This document shows, piece by piece, positions 10,290 through 19,350 of a stretch of DNA of 64,000 nt. How positions within the stretch are numbered: the first letter of the stretch is position 1; each line of letters begins with the position of its first letter. The notes beneath the pieces were generated by a model, which was given only the letters and a program-made list of their open reading frames with translations, was not told the DNA's origin and did no database searches. The DNA comes from Dehalococcoidia bacterium. GTDB lineage: Bacteria; Chloroflexota; Dehalococcoidia; Lucifugimonadales; JADFKI01. The stretch spans positions 304,185 through 368,184 of the forward strand of contig OZ242018.1 in the NCBI GenBank assembly GCA_965204855.1, written 5' to 3'. Both the position numbers and the translations under genes were made by a program.

Positions 10290-10793
10290 ATGGGAGAGAC
10301 TATGAACAGGCAGAAAATTTCGACCATAATTGCTTCGTCTATTGATACGTTTATGCTCATTATTGCAGGTGTCTGCTTCCTTAGTGTCCTTTACGGAGCT
10401 TTCTTGTGGATAGTCCTGTATCTCCAGGATCCCAACCGCCCTTACATTGGTGGTTCCCTGTTCACGATAGCTCAGGTGGTAACTATATTTGGAGGATTCA
10501 GCTTCGCTGCGACATTTTCCGAGCGTGTAAACTGTGACACTCGCCACTTGTTGCGATATGTGGGCGCTTTGCACCTGATTTCTGCATTGGGATTCGTGCT
10601 TCTAGGGCTGCTGTTCCCGCTGGTAACAGTTGACGCAATATGGAGCCATTCTGCAGGATATGTCCTGCAGGGGATTGTTGCCCTAGCATTTTGCATGGCG
10701 TCAGGGGGCTTCGCCATTGGCACATTTCTGTGGGTGGGTCGTATTCACAAAATAGCGGACTCGCAGAGTGCCTGTTGTACAGAAACAGACTAA
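10290..10793 (+). CDS. Integral membrane protein (4 TM)
   Basis: Four clear hydrophobic helices. Same strand as the nucleotidyltransferase gene and 133 bp upstream of it. Confidence 0.55.
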   Translation: MGETMNRQKISTIIASSIDTFMLIIAGVCFLSVLYGAFLWIVLYLQDPNRPYIGGSLFTIAQVVTIFGGFSFAATFSERVNCDTRHLLRYVGALHLISALGFVLLGLLFPLVTVDAIWSHSAGYVLQGIVALAFCMASGGFAIGTFLWVGRIHKIADSQSACCTETD

Positions 10794-10926
10794 CGACTCG
10801 AAGCAGATTCTGGTAAGAAGCCCTCTCTTTCGGCCCGAACGCGTTATTCAATCTCTAGTTGGGAACGAACTGCGACAACTCTGCTTCAGGCAGCATGTAT
10901 TCAAGATTGAGGTGTGAATAATAGAA

Positions 10927-11697
10927 GTGACGAACGGAAACAGATATATTGATGAAATCGTGCTGACTTATCGGCCTGTTACCGGGTCCGGCACACCTGT
11001 CTATGAGGTTGGCCAAAGGCTACGAGGAATGATCCAGAGGTGGTACTCCGAGCGTTTGGAGAGAGTCCATAACTCCGGCTCCTTCGCCAAGGGAACATCG
11101 ATACGAGGTGGAGTCGACCTGGACCTATTCATCTCATTGAAACCCGGAACCGGGAAGTCGCTCCGCGCCATCTATGAAGGACTGTACCGCTATGCCGACG
11201 GCGAAGGACTGAATCCCAGACGCCAGAATGTATCGATTGGCGTTGAGATGGACACCGTGAAGGTCGACCTCGTTCCAGCTCGCAAGCACAAGGGGAGCAA
11301 CTTCCACAGCCTATACCGCAGTCGGCAACAGACGTGGACGAAGACAAACGTCGACAGGCACATTGATCTGATACGAAGGTCAGGAAAGTCCCGTACAATC
11401 CGCGCCGCCAAGATATGGCGTCGGAATAGGGGCCTTCGCTTTCCTTCCTTTTACCTTGAGCTCGCAGTGTTGAGAGCATTGCGCAACGAATCTCCACAGG
11501 GCTCCGCAGCAGAACTAACGAAAGTATTGGAATTCCTCGCTGCTGGAGTCGTTGAAGTGGAGTTCGTTGACCCGGCAAACGATTTGAACGTAATCTCCGA
11601 TGATCTGACATTGGCTCAGAAGCGGGATATTGCAAACCAGGCACGGGCCTCACTGCGAATCATCGGACTTGGCTCGTGGGAACGAGTTATATGGTGA
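10927..11697 (+). CDS. Pol-beta-fold nucleotidyltransferase, cGAS/OAS/SMODS-like
   Basis: GSFAKGTSIRGGVDLDLF (G-S...DxD) plus the downstream VKVDLVPA (third acidic residue), then the helical FPSFYLELAVLRAL segment. GTG start with GAGGTG upstream. Confidence 0.65.
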   Translation: MTNGNRYIDEIVLTYRPVTGSGTPVYEVGQRLRGMIQRWYSERLERVHNSGSFAKGTSIRGGVDLDLFISLKPGTGKSLRAIYEGLYRYADGEGLNPRRQNVSIGVEMDTVKVDLVPARKHKGSNFHSLYRSRQQTWTKTNVDRHIDLIRRSGKSRTIRAAKIWRRNRGLRFPSFYLELAVLRALRNESPQGSAAELTKVLEFLAAGVVEVEFVDPANDLNVISDDLTLAQKRDIANQARASLRIIGLGSWERVIW

Positions 11698-11707
11698 ATT
11701 TGGAAAT

Positions 11708-12460
11708 ATGACTGCCAAAATCAATCGTATCGACCTCAACGACCTGTTTGAAAGCGCGCAGCAGAAGATGGTTGCTGAGTTGAGCAGCATCCGTCTTACA
11801 GTTGATCACGGAAGTACACTCGGTGACGAGACCGAGTTCGCTTGGGTCAGATTCCTCAACAGAATGCTGCCGAATCGCTATCAGGCCAGTGACGGCTTCG
11901 TGGTGGACGCCGACGGACGACGCAGCGATCAGATTGATGCCATAGTGTTCGACAGACAATACTCGCCTCCCCTGTTTCAGTTTGAAAAGGTGCAATATGT
12001 GCCCGCGGAGGCTGTCTATGCGGTATTCGAGGTGAAGCAGAGAATAGACGCCAGAAACTTGAAAGCGGCGTCAGCGAAGGCCGCTTCAGTAAGGAGACTG
12101 AGGCGAACCACGGCGCGCATCCCCACTGCGGATGGCGTGCTTGAACCGAAAGTGCCTCACCGAATCATCGCCGGCGTTCTCGCGTTGAGTATTGCGGATC
12201 CGAAGACATTCGAGAGAATTGTAAGGCGTGAGATGGCGCACGCTTCCGAAGACGCACGACTGGACCTGGGTTGCGCCATAAGAGACGGTTCGTTCACTGT
12301 AGATTACGAGGCAGCCAACGCTCCCGCAGTCAGCATCAGCCCCGGACAGTCCTCACTGATTACATTCTTCTTCCGGTTCCAAACCTTGCTGCAGGCTCTT
12401 GGCACCGTGCCTGCCATTGATTATTCGGAGTACGCTAAGGCGGCTATCGACCGCGTGTAA
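11708..12460 (+). CDS. PD-(D/E)xK (restriction-endonuclease-fold) protein, DUF6602-like
   Basis: SDQIDAIVFD ... VYAVFEVKQ matches the D...(D/E)xK signature. ATG at 11708 lies 10 bp after the NTase TGA. The track start 11630 would overlap the NTase. Confidence 0.55.
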   Translation: MTAKINRIDLNDLFESAQQKMVAELSSIRLTVDHGSTLGDETEFAWVRFLNRMLPNRYQASDGFVVDADGRRSDQIDAIVFDRQYSPPLFQFEKVQYVPAEAVYAVFEVKQRIDARNLKAASAKAASVRRLRRTTARIPTADGVLEPKVPHRIIAGVLALSIADPKTFERIVRREMAHASEDARLDLGCAIRDGSFTVDYEAANAPAVSISPGQSSLITFFFRFQTLLQALGTVPAIDYSEYAKAAIDRV

Positions 12461-13068
12461 CCACCATGGACGTGAGATTACTCATTGAAGAATTCTTCGG
12501 GCATTCATGAGCATCAGCAATTTCGCAAATTTCTTGCCGAGATCAAAAGCAACTTGGGGGAACAGTTAGCGCTCCAACTAGCGAAAGCCTATCTACCGCA
12601 GCAGCATCTAGCCGGATGCTTGTCTACGCAAGCATCCGCGATAATGCTAGGACATCTCACTCCCATCCCTTCCGACTCGCCAGACACACTGCATTGCGGC
12701 TTGCACGTCTCGCTCGGCAACACGACCCCGAGTTTAGCGACGTTAATCGGTCTTGTAGGCGTATCCTATCGCACCGTCCGCCGATTCACCAAGTTTCTCC
12801 TGTGGCTTCGGCTTGGCTAGTTTTAGCCGGTGCTTGAACTTGGCGATCTATATCCAATACTCTCACCATAAGCGATTCGACGCGCGCACGGTGGCAACCA
12901 TATTCTAGGCGGATTCAGGTCCGTCAGCTTGCTCAAGCTCAGGACCGTCGATACCGTACGTCCTCATGTGTGTGAACTGCCCGCGAAACCTACACTCAAT
13001 GCTATCGCCATCCACCGCGCCAACACTCGTGATGAGAGCCATAACGGCCCTGCTTTGTCGCAGATGGA

Positions 13069-13374
13069 TTAATCTCTCCCGCTACGCACAATGTCAGATA
13101 AGCCGCTGCCAGCCGTGAAAGCCACACGCTTGCCCGCAGGAACCTCGACAAGCTGACCGGCGTTGGGACCGGCAATGGGCCTGATTTTTCGAGGCGACGT
13201 GTCACGCACCTCAAATGTGCCGAAGCCGGTCAGGGTCACCCGGTCATTCTCCCTGAGGGCCTGTCCAATGCTGTTAAGCACGGAGTTCACCGACTGGGCC
13301 GCCTGCGCCTTCGGGCAACCGAGGCTTTTCGCTACCATGTCTACCAGTTGTCCCTTGTGTATTCTGTCCGCCAA
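13069..13374 (-). CDS. hup: HU/IHF-family DNA-binding protein
   Basis: LTGFGTFEVRD...GKRVAFTAG core of HU. The start was re-derived as TTG at 13374 with GGAGG 7 nt upstream. The track N-terminal extension has no HU homology. Confidence 0.85.
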   Translation of the reverse strand: MADRIHKGQLVDMVAKSLGCPKAQAAQSVNSVLNSIGQALRENDRVTLTGFGTFEVRDTSPRKIRPIAGPNAGQLVEVPAGKRVAFTAGSGLSDIVRSGRD

Positions 13375-13743
13375 TTTGAAACCTCCTCTGTTCAATCCGT
13401 TCTTGTAGTGGTTGATACCAGCAGGTTGCAATCGACTGGCGTTCCAGCTCATTGTTCGACGGTAGCTGCAGATCTCTATAACGCAGAAAAGACCGTTTTC
13501 TCGCGAACTTCGGTCGACTCAACGTCTCCCCAGCCGACTCATACGATAGCAAGTTCGTGGGGCCTCAGGAGTGCTGAGCCACTTCTGCCTGTGCTCCCGT
13601 AGATCGACAGTTGCCCTGACCGCTTGCACGACAGAGAATCTCGCACGGCTATATATGCTACACCAGGCAATGCACCTGAAACGCAAAAAAGTCCTTCTTT
13701 CCGTCAACTGATCCTGACTGGGACAATGAATGGTCAACGACAT

Positions 13744-14319
13744 TTACTCCGACCACTGCAGACAGATGAGGGCGCTGCATCCTGTCCTTACGAACTCAGC
13801 AAGCAGAAACTCTCGAAGCGCGTCGTCCATATCGCGGTCATCTTCGACAGGAGTCTTATCGACCGCCCACATCCTTACGGCGCTGGCTATCTGCTCGCCC
13901 GGAAGAGGCTCGAACTCCTCCTCTAGCTCATACGCCAGCCTGCTGAAATCGGACGGCGGTATCGCGCTCAGAACATTCTTCAAGTTAAGCAGGACGTTGC
14001 GCCAGATTATGTAGTATATGGTCTCGTCAGGGTCATGCCACTGCAGCATCCAGAGGTTCCGGCGCGAACTCCCATCCATAAGAAGACGCAGCCTGTCCGC
14101 CAGCCTGTCATCGCTTGTCAAGAACTCAAGCATCGAGTATTCGAGCGACCTGCACCGCACGAAGACGTAGGTTCCCGGCACGGTTCCGCTTTCAAACCTG
14201 GCCTCCAGCGCGTCCAAGACCGATTCGGCGGAGCGACGCGGCGCCAGTTCCTCTACGTTCTTCAGTTCGCAGTCCTCGATCAGGTAGTATTCCGTATCCA
14301 TCATTTTCCTCTTCCTCAT
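13744..14319 (-). CDS. Hypothetical protein
   Basis: 191-aa ORF with balanced, acidic composition, co-directional with dnaN. No motif recognised. Confidence 0.5.
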   Translation of the reverse strand: MRKRKMMDTEYYLIEDCELKNVEELAPRRSAESVLDALEARFESGTVPGTYVFVRCRSLEYSMLEFLTSDDRLADRLRLLMDGSSRRNLWMLQWHDPDETIYYIIWRNVLLNLKNVLSAIPPSDFSRLAYELEEEFEPLPGEQIASAVRMWAVDKTPVEDDRDMDDALREFLLAEFVRTGCSALICLQWSE

Positions 14320-14596
14320 TGCAGACGCTTATAGATCAGGGCCGACGCCGACTGAGCCAACTCGCTCACTCAGCCCTCAGAACTGTTGAGTGAAGCCTTC
14401 CCGCCCTTTTCCAAGTCGCAGCGACGCCTTGGCGCTTCTCCGACTTTTCTCCTGATTCCCTTACCCCTTGAGGCGGGAAGGCCTGAGTCTGAGTTTGTCG
14501 AGGGAATGGGAGGGCGAATCGTTTGCTCTCCGCCCTCCTGACGATGATTCCGCAAGTTTACCCAATGTCCGATTTTACCGGAAAGGGTCTCTTCGC

Positions 14597-15736
14597 TCAG
14601 TCTGTCCAGTCATGTACGAACATCGGCATCACGACATGCACGTAGCCGTTGTCCTCCGCAGGCTTCAGCACGCCGGGGTTTGTCGCCGATGACACTTCCA
14701 TCGCAATGTCCTCGCCCAGCACGTCAAGAACATCGGTGAGGTACTTGTAGTTGAAGGCGATCTTCGCCTCGTCGCCCTCCACGGCGGCGTTCAGTTGCCC
14801 CTCGTTGTCTCCAACCTCTTGAGAGCGAGACGCCACCGTCAGGCGTCCAGGCGTCTCTTCTTCCCCTGCCGCCACTCTCAGCCGGATGATGCCGCTGTCG
14901 TCCCGGGCGAAGATCGCGGCCGTGCGCGTGGCCCGCAGGAACTCCTGCGAGTTTAGCACGGCGCGCGTTGCGTATCCTTTAGGGATCAGTCTCTCGTAAT
15001 TCGGGAAGTTCCCGGCGATCAGCGACGAGACTATTTCCACGTCGCCCACGCGGAAGAGAGCCTGGTTTCCGGTGGGGGTCACCGTGAACTCCACGTCCTG
15101 CTCCTGGCTGCCCAGCAGGCGCGCCATCTCGTTCAGCACACGCGCCGGCACGAGGATGTCGATGTCCTTCTCTGAAGCCTCCGCCAGCTTCGCTCCGTAC
15201 ACGGCCAGCCTGAAACCGTCAGACGCCACGAACCTGGCCTCGTCGCCTCTTATCTCGACCTTCACTCCCGTCAGCGCGGTCCGCGCCTCATCGGTCGCCG
15301 CGGCAAACGCCACGCGCCTGATAGCCTCCCGCAGAGCGTCCGGCTGCATCCGCAGCGCTATCCCATCCTCGACGGTCGGGACCGGCGGGAAGTCGTCGGC
15401 ATCCGTGCCGCTGACATTCGATTCGAAGCTCACGCACTTGACGTTAACGCCGACTGGCTTCGCGGTCGACTCTATGCTGATCGTCTCCTCCGGCAGCGAG
15501 CTCACGAAGTCCCCGAGCAACCGCGCGGGAACCGTGATCGCCCCCTCCTCTTCGACGTTCGCTCCAATCCAGGTCGTCATCGACAGGCTCAGGTCGGTAG
15601 CCGAGAGCTTGAGCATCGACTGCTCGGCGCACAGAAGCACGTTCTGCGTGATGGGCAGCGTCGAAGGCGACGAGACGGCCCTTCCGACGACCGACAGCGC
15701 GCGGGCAAGATTCTCCTGTAGGCAAGTAAACTTCAT
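14597..15736 (-). CDS. dnaN: DNA polymerase III beta sliding clamp
   Basis: MKFTCLQENLARAL...LPITQNVLL N-terminus and three-domain length. ATG at 15736 with AGGAG 7 nt upstream. Confidence 0.9.
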   Translation of the reverse strand: MKFTCLQENLARALSVVGRAVSSPSTLPITQNVLLCAEQSMLKLSATDLSLSMTTWIGANVEEEGAITVPARLLGDFVSSLPEETISIESTAKPVGVNVKCVSFESNVSGTDADDFPPVPTVEDGIALRMQPDALREAIRRVAFAAATDEARTALTGVKVEIRGDEARFVASDGFRLAVYGAKLAEASEKDIDILVPARVLNEMARLLGSQEQDVEFTVTPTGNQALFRVGDVEIVSSLIAGNFPNYERLIPKGYATRAVLNSQEFLRATRTAAIFARDDSGIIRLRVAAGEEETPGRLTVASRSQEVGDNEGQLNAAVEGDEAKIAFNYKYLTDVLDVLGEDIAMEVSSATNPGVLKPAEDNGYVHVVMPMFVHDWTD

Positions 15737-15920
15737 TGTAATTCTCCTGAGTGCATTTCGGGACCTGTCATAGACCATTCCGCTGCCATAACTAGCATGC
15801 TGCGGTTCAGCGCGCAGGTGACGATTACGTCCCGTTCATATATATTCGCGCGAAGGAGGCCCCGCTCGCATAAGCGAGACTTCCATTTTCACATCGACGG
15901 CGAGCTGCATCGCTTTGCCG

Positions 15921-16412
15921 TCAGGACATCTCAGTGTCCTCGGACACTTCCGCTTCCTCATTCAGGCATTCCAGAAACTCGGCAATCTCCCGCCCGTCGC
16001 CCCTCATCTCCTCGACAAGACGCTCGCCGAAGTCGTATGGCAGCACCGCGTACGAAACTGCCGGGTAGAACGACCCGAACGGCGCCGCTGCTCCTCCTAT
16101 CCCGCTCTCTGCGGCAGACCCTCTCACATCAAAGCCCAGCCGGCAGTCAAGCGCCGCCCAGGCATCCTCGTTCCGCTCTTCGCAGTCGCCGTCCACGTCG
16201 TGCCAGTCGAAAGGCGTGGAGAACATTATCCCATCATCCTCGACGGACGCCGTGAACTCGAACTCCGCTCCATAGTGCGGCTCCTTTACCTTCAACCTAA
16301 CTTCCAGTATCCTGCCGTCCTTGTCTAGTGCCACTGTCCTGTCCTCGACCTGAACCGGCTCGTTGCAGGCGAGGCAGACAACATTCGCACCTTCGAGTCG
16401 GCTGCGTAACAC
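15921..16412 (-). CDS. Hypothetical acidic protein (start uncertain)
   Basis: The track ORF runs to 16484, but its first 11 codons cover the terminator hairpin at 16451-16480. In-frame GTGs downstream, including 16412, are possible starts. Confidence 0.4.
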   Translation of the reverse strand: MLRSRLEGANVVCLACNEPVQVEDRTVALDKDGRILEVRLKVKEPHYGAEFEFTASVEDDGIMFSTPFDWHDVDGDCEERNEDAWAALDCRLGFDVRGSAAESGIGGAAAPFGSFYPAVSYAVLPYDFGERLVEEMRGDGREIAEFLECLNEEAEVSEDTEMS

Positions 16413-16450
16413 CTTTCGGTAGCCATGACACGTTCCCTCATATCTAAGTG

Positions 16451-16480
16451 AAAAGCCCCCACCAGTTTCCCGGCAGGGGC
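16451..16480 (-). terminator. Intrinsic terminator
   Basis: On the minus strand: GCCCCTGCC-loop-GGTGGGGGC followed by TTTT. Confidence 0.65.
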
Positions 16481-16510
16481 ACATCTGCAGTTGTTTTCAC
16501 TGGAAATCTC

Positions 16511-17110
16511 CTAGAGCTTCCCGACCCATCCCACGTACCAACCGCCATGTTCATCCGACTGCACCGTCAGAAACCTGAACCACGCGTTGTCGGACAGCTT
16601 CACGTCCATAATCAGCGTATCCCGCTTTCCGGCAGCCAGCGCCAGCTCGTAATCCCCTACGACGCTCATTGCGCCGCCAATCACTCGAGCTCTCCATGCA
16701 GACCTCATCAGGTCGTTCTGCGCCAGTTCCCTGACCGCATGTCTGAGCTGCGGGCCGGTCATCGGCGCTCCATACGTCCCGCCGCCGTCACGCTCGGTCC
16801 ACACCGCAGAGCAGGTCATGCACCGCCAGATGCCGTCGAAGCGGCCACGCAGCTGACAGTCCCGCGAGCAGTCGATGTTTCTGGCACGGTATGCCCATAC
16901 CGCTTCGTAGAACTCCTCGCATTCCTCTTCGGTGGGGTTTCGGTAGCTCTCGCCATCGTTGTCGGAAACCGCCCATGTGTATTCAAGCGCAGCGTCCCTG
17001 ATACCGCCCACGAGCGCGGCGTCCATTCCGACGCGCTCCAGCACGAACTCGTCCAGCGTGCCGCAGGCGTCCGTGTCACCGTAGTTCCTGTATATGATCC
17101 TGTCTCCCAT
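16511..17110 (-). CDS. Hypothetical protein
   Basis: 199-aa ORF with protein-like composition. The overlapping 331-aa Arg-rich ORF in another frame was rejected. Confidence 0.5.
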   Translation of the reverse strand: MGDRIIYRNYGDTDACGTLDEFVLERVGMDAALVGGIRDAALEYTWAVSDNDGESYRNPTEEECEEFYEAVWAYRARNIDCSRDCQLRGRFDGIWRCMTCSAVWTERDGGGTYGAPMTGPQLRHAVRELAQNDLMRSAWRARVIGGAMSVVGDYELALAAGKRDTLIMDVKLSDNAWFRFLTVQSDEHGGWYVGWVGKL

Positions 17111-17189
17111 GAACCAATCCTCTTGTTCATCAAGTAAGAAGAGGGCGACAGCACGAGCCGCCGCCCTCCGAATCTTCCGGTGCAGCAGG

Positions 17190-18680
17190 TTATCTGCCCG
17201 AATCGGCGCCTTTCGCCAGCTTCAGGGCAATCGTCGCGCCGGCGGACGCGCAGGAGTCTCCCCACGAATACCCGTGGGAGAACTCGCCGTCCGTAAGCGC
17301 ATGACCCAGCTCGTGTATCACGAGCGCCAGCTGCTCCCTGTCGCGTCCCTCGAAGAACTCGTCGCCCAGACGAGCCAGGTTGAACCTCATCGTGGGCCGC
17401 GCCGAGCGGGATGTGCAGTCCGCAAGCGCGAATGAGCGCGGGTTGTGGATGAATACCGGGTTCACCGTAACGCCGACATAGCGGCCAAGTTCCTTCACCC
17501 ACTTCGCAAAGGCCATCTTCGCCTGATCGTCCGACACGTCGACCACCTTGAGGTGCGGGTCCCGCTCTCCGCCGAGAGTCTTCCCGAAGCGCGCGCTTGC
17601 CGATTCCATTCCGCCCAGCTCGCGCAGGTTGGAACGCTCCTCCCTGCTCATCGTGCGTGGATGAATCACTTGGTAGCCCTTGTCCATGGCCTCCGAGTTG
17701 GCGTTTCTGTCGGATGACCACAGCACCGCCTTCCTGCCGTAACGCCGTTCCACGGTCGCGCGCGCAGCGTCTTCGCTGATCCTGCCGTCCTCGACGGCGG
17801 TGCGCACCCACGTCTCGCCGAACTCCTCGCGCTCCATTTGCCCGTGCATGCAGTTCAGCGCCTCGGCGTAGATGTCCTGAAGGTAGGATTCACTCACGGT
17901 GTCACGGTTGGGCGGCATGGGCACCTTCTGCTGCACGTCCACGTCGTAGGGAACCTCAATCGGCTGTATCGGGATGCCCATCTCGTAAATCCATCCCCTG
18001 CCCTCCGGATCGCTGACGCCGGTGATGTGAAGCTCTGTCTTGCGTCTCGTCGGGCGCATCGGCTCCCCGGGCGCGCCCTGAATGAGCGTAGAGAGAATTG
18101 CCGTATGCACCTTCAGCGCCTCTCGACGCTCCACTTCAATGTCGTTGACGGTGTACTTGCACCCCTCAGGCGGACGGAACAGCATCAGCCGCTCGACGAG
18201 CCTCTCGGCGTCCGCCTTCGTCCACGGCATCATCGCCTCCACGACCGTGCCGCGCTTGCGGTCGTTCCGCCGGACCTCGCGGCCGCCCTCCGGCGGAAAG
18301 CTCACCGTCCAGCCCACTGTCTGCACCACCGCATATGCGGCGACCGACAGGACCTCCTTCTCGCCCAGGTTGAACCGCCCTCGCTTTTCAGGATCCGCCC
18401 GCTTCTCGGTCTCTCCCATAAGGGTGTAGGCATCGTCGATGTTCGCGAAGCCTTCTCCATCATCCTCCACCGACACCAGCACCCTGTTTCTCGACTGGTG
18501 CTGCACTTTCACCCTGCACATCGTGGCATCTTCGTCCCATACGTTCTGAATTAGTTCCTTCACCAGGCTCTCCGGAGTCCTGCCCTTGTGCAGCGCCCGC
18601 ATACCCTCGGCGCTGACGCTGAAGCGCTCCTTCGCGCGCCTGACCTTCCTGTTTCTCATATCTCTAACCTTTCCTGACAT
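17190..18680 (-). CDS. GHKL-type ATPase-like protein with C-terminal HExxH motif
   Basis: The N-terminal ELIQNVWDEDA ... VEDDGEGF resembles the Bergerat-fold N and G1 boxes. The C-terminus has LVIHELGHAL (HExxH). Confidence 0.55.
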   Translation of the reverse strand: MSGKVRDMRNRKVRRAKERFSVSAEGMRALHKGRTPESLVKELIQNVWDEDATMCRVKVQHQSRNRVLVSVEDDGEGFANIDDAYTLMGETEKRADPEKRGRFNLGEKEVLSVAAYAVVQTVGWTVSFPPEGGREVRRNDRKRGTVVEAMMPWTKADAERLVERLMLFRPPEGCKYTVNDIEVERREALKVHTAILSTLIQGAPGEPMRPTRRKTELHITGVSDPEGRGWIYEMGIPIQPIEVPYDVDVQQKVPMPPNRDTVSESYLQDIYAEALNCMHGQMEREEFGETWVRTAVEDGRISEDAARATVERRYGRKAVLWSSDRNANSEAMDKGYQVIHPRTMSREERSNLRELGGMESASARFGKTLGGERDPHLKVVDVSDDQAKMAFAKWVKELGRYVGVTVNPVFIHNPRSFALADCTSRSARPTMRFNLARLGDEFFEGRDREQLALVIHELGHALTDGEFSHGYSWGDSCASAGATIALKLAKGADSGR

Positions 18681-18762
18681 TCCACAAGATCAGCCCCGCA
18701 GCCGCTCGCTGCGGGGCTTTGTTTTCTACGGCTCGCTTTACTCAGACAGCCTGCACCGGCCG

Positions 18763-19149
18763 TCAGAACATTCTTGCCTGTCCCACAGCCCTATTGCGAG
18801 TTGGGACCCTCAGCCCGAGGCAGTCATCGCATCGCTCTAGGAACAGGGGCATCGTAGGGCCGCCCCATCCACTGTTGAGCTTCCGAGTCCCGCCGCAGAA
18901 GGCGCACGCGCCGGTGCGCTCCTTTATTCCTATGTCCTCGCAGTCCCCGCTGTGGCACACGGCGGCGCCTCTCGTGCGCTCCCGCTTGCCGCACCCGATA
19001 CACAGGTTGGCGTCGCGCCACGCTTCAAGTATCTTCACCTGTTCGTAGAACCAGTGCCAGTCGATGCTTCCGTCCGGCATCAGGCGCGGCTCGCAGTCGA
19101 GCGCATCCGGCGTCGGCACGCCAGCCGGCCTTCCCGTAGCGGCTGACAC
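18763..19149 (-). CDS. Cys-rich hypothetical protein (zinc-binding candidate)
   Basis: CIGCG, CHSGDC, CAFCGG and CDDC clusters. Tightly packed in the operon. Confidence 0.45.
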   Translation of the reverse strand: MSAATGRPAGVPTPDALDCEPRLMPDGSIDWHWFYEQVKILEAWRDANLCIGCGKRERTRGAAVCHSGDCEDIGIKERTGACAFCGGTRKLNSGWGGPTMPLFLERCDDCLGLRVPTRNRAVGQARMF

Positions 19150-19346
19150 TATCTTCTACTCCCGCAAGCGCAGTCGCAGCGAGTGCCGGGGACTTCGATC
19201 CTGTCGCAGATGTGGTCGGCGATGTCGCCGCCCATCTCCACCAGGAACATCCCCACCTCTTCGCGAGTCGCATCCTGGGCTATCATCCCAAGGTCCTCCT
19301 GAAACGCATCGATGCACGCTCCGCAGATTTCTGTCGTTCCGATCAT
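19149..19346 (-). CDS. Small Cys-containing hypothetical protein
   Basis: 65 aa, starts 5 nt after the ligA stop. Contains CGAC and CDCAC motifs. Confidence 0.35.
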   Translation of the reverse strand: MIGTTEICGACIDAFQEDLGMIAQDATREEVGMFLVEMGGDIADHICDRIEVPGTRCDCACGSRR

Positions 19347-19350
19347 CTCT

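Noticed and set aside
12485-12820. 111-aa plus-strand ORF in the gap after the nuclease gene
   Set aside because: No SD and odd composition. Only a vague HTH-like stretch (VGVSYRTVRRFTKFL) is present. It may be a gene remnant, but this cannot be supported.
14509-14538. 8-bp-stem hairpin (GGAGGGCG/CGCCCTCC) downstream of dnaN, considered as a terminator
   Set aside because: It has a 14-nt loop and no U-tract on the minus strand. It is too weak to call.
16816-17811. 331-aa minus-strand ORF and similar Arg/Gly-rich ORFs (27451-28395, 31494-32360, 35294-35950, 30924-31457)
   Set aside because: These are alternative frames of the same strand as real genes. Their composition is dominated by Arg, Gly and Ala, as expected from GC-rich out-of-frame reading, and they have no motifs.
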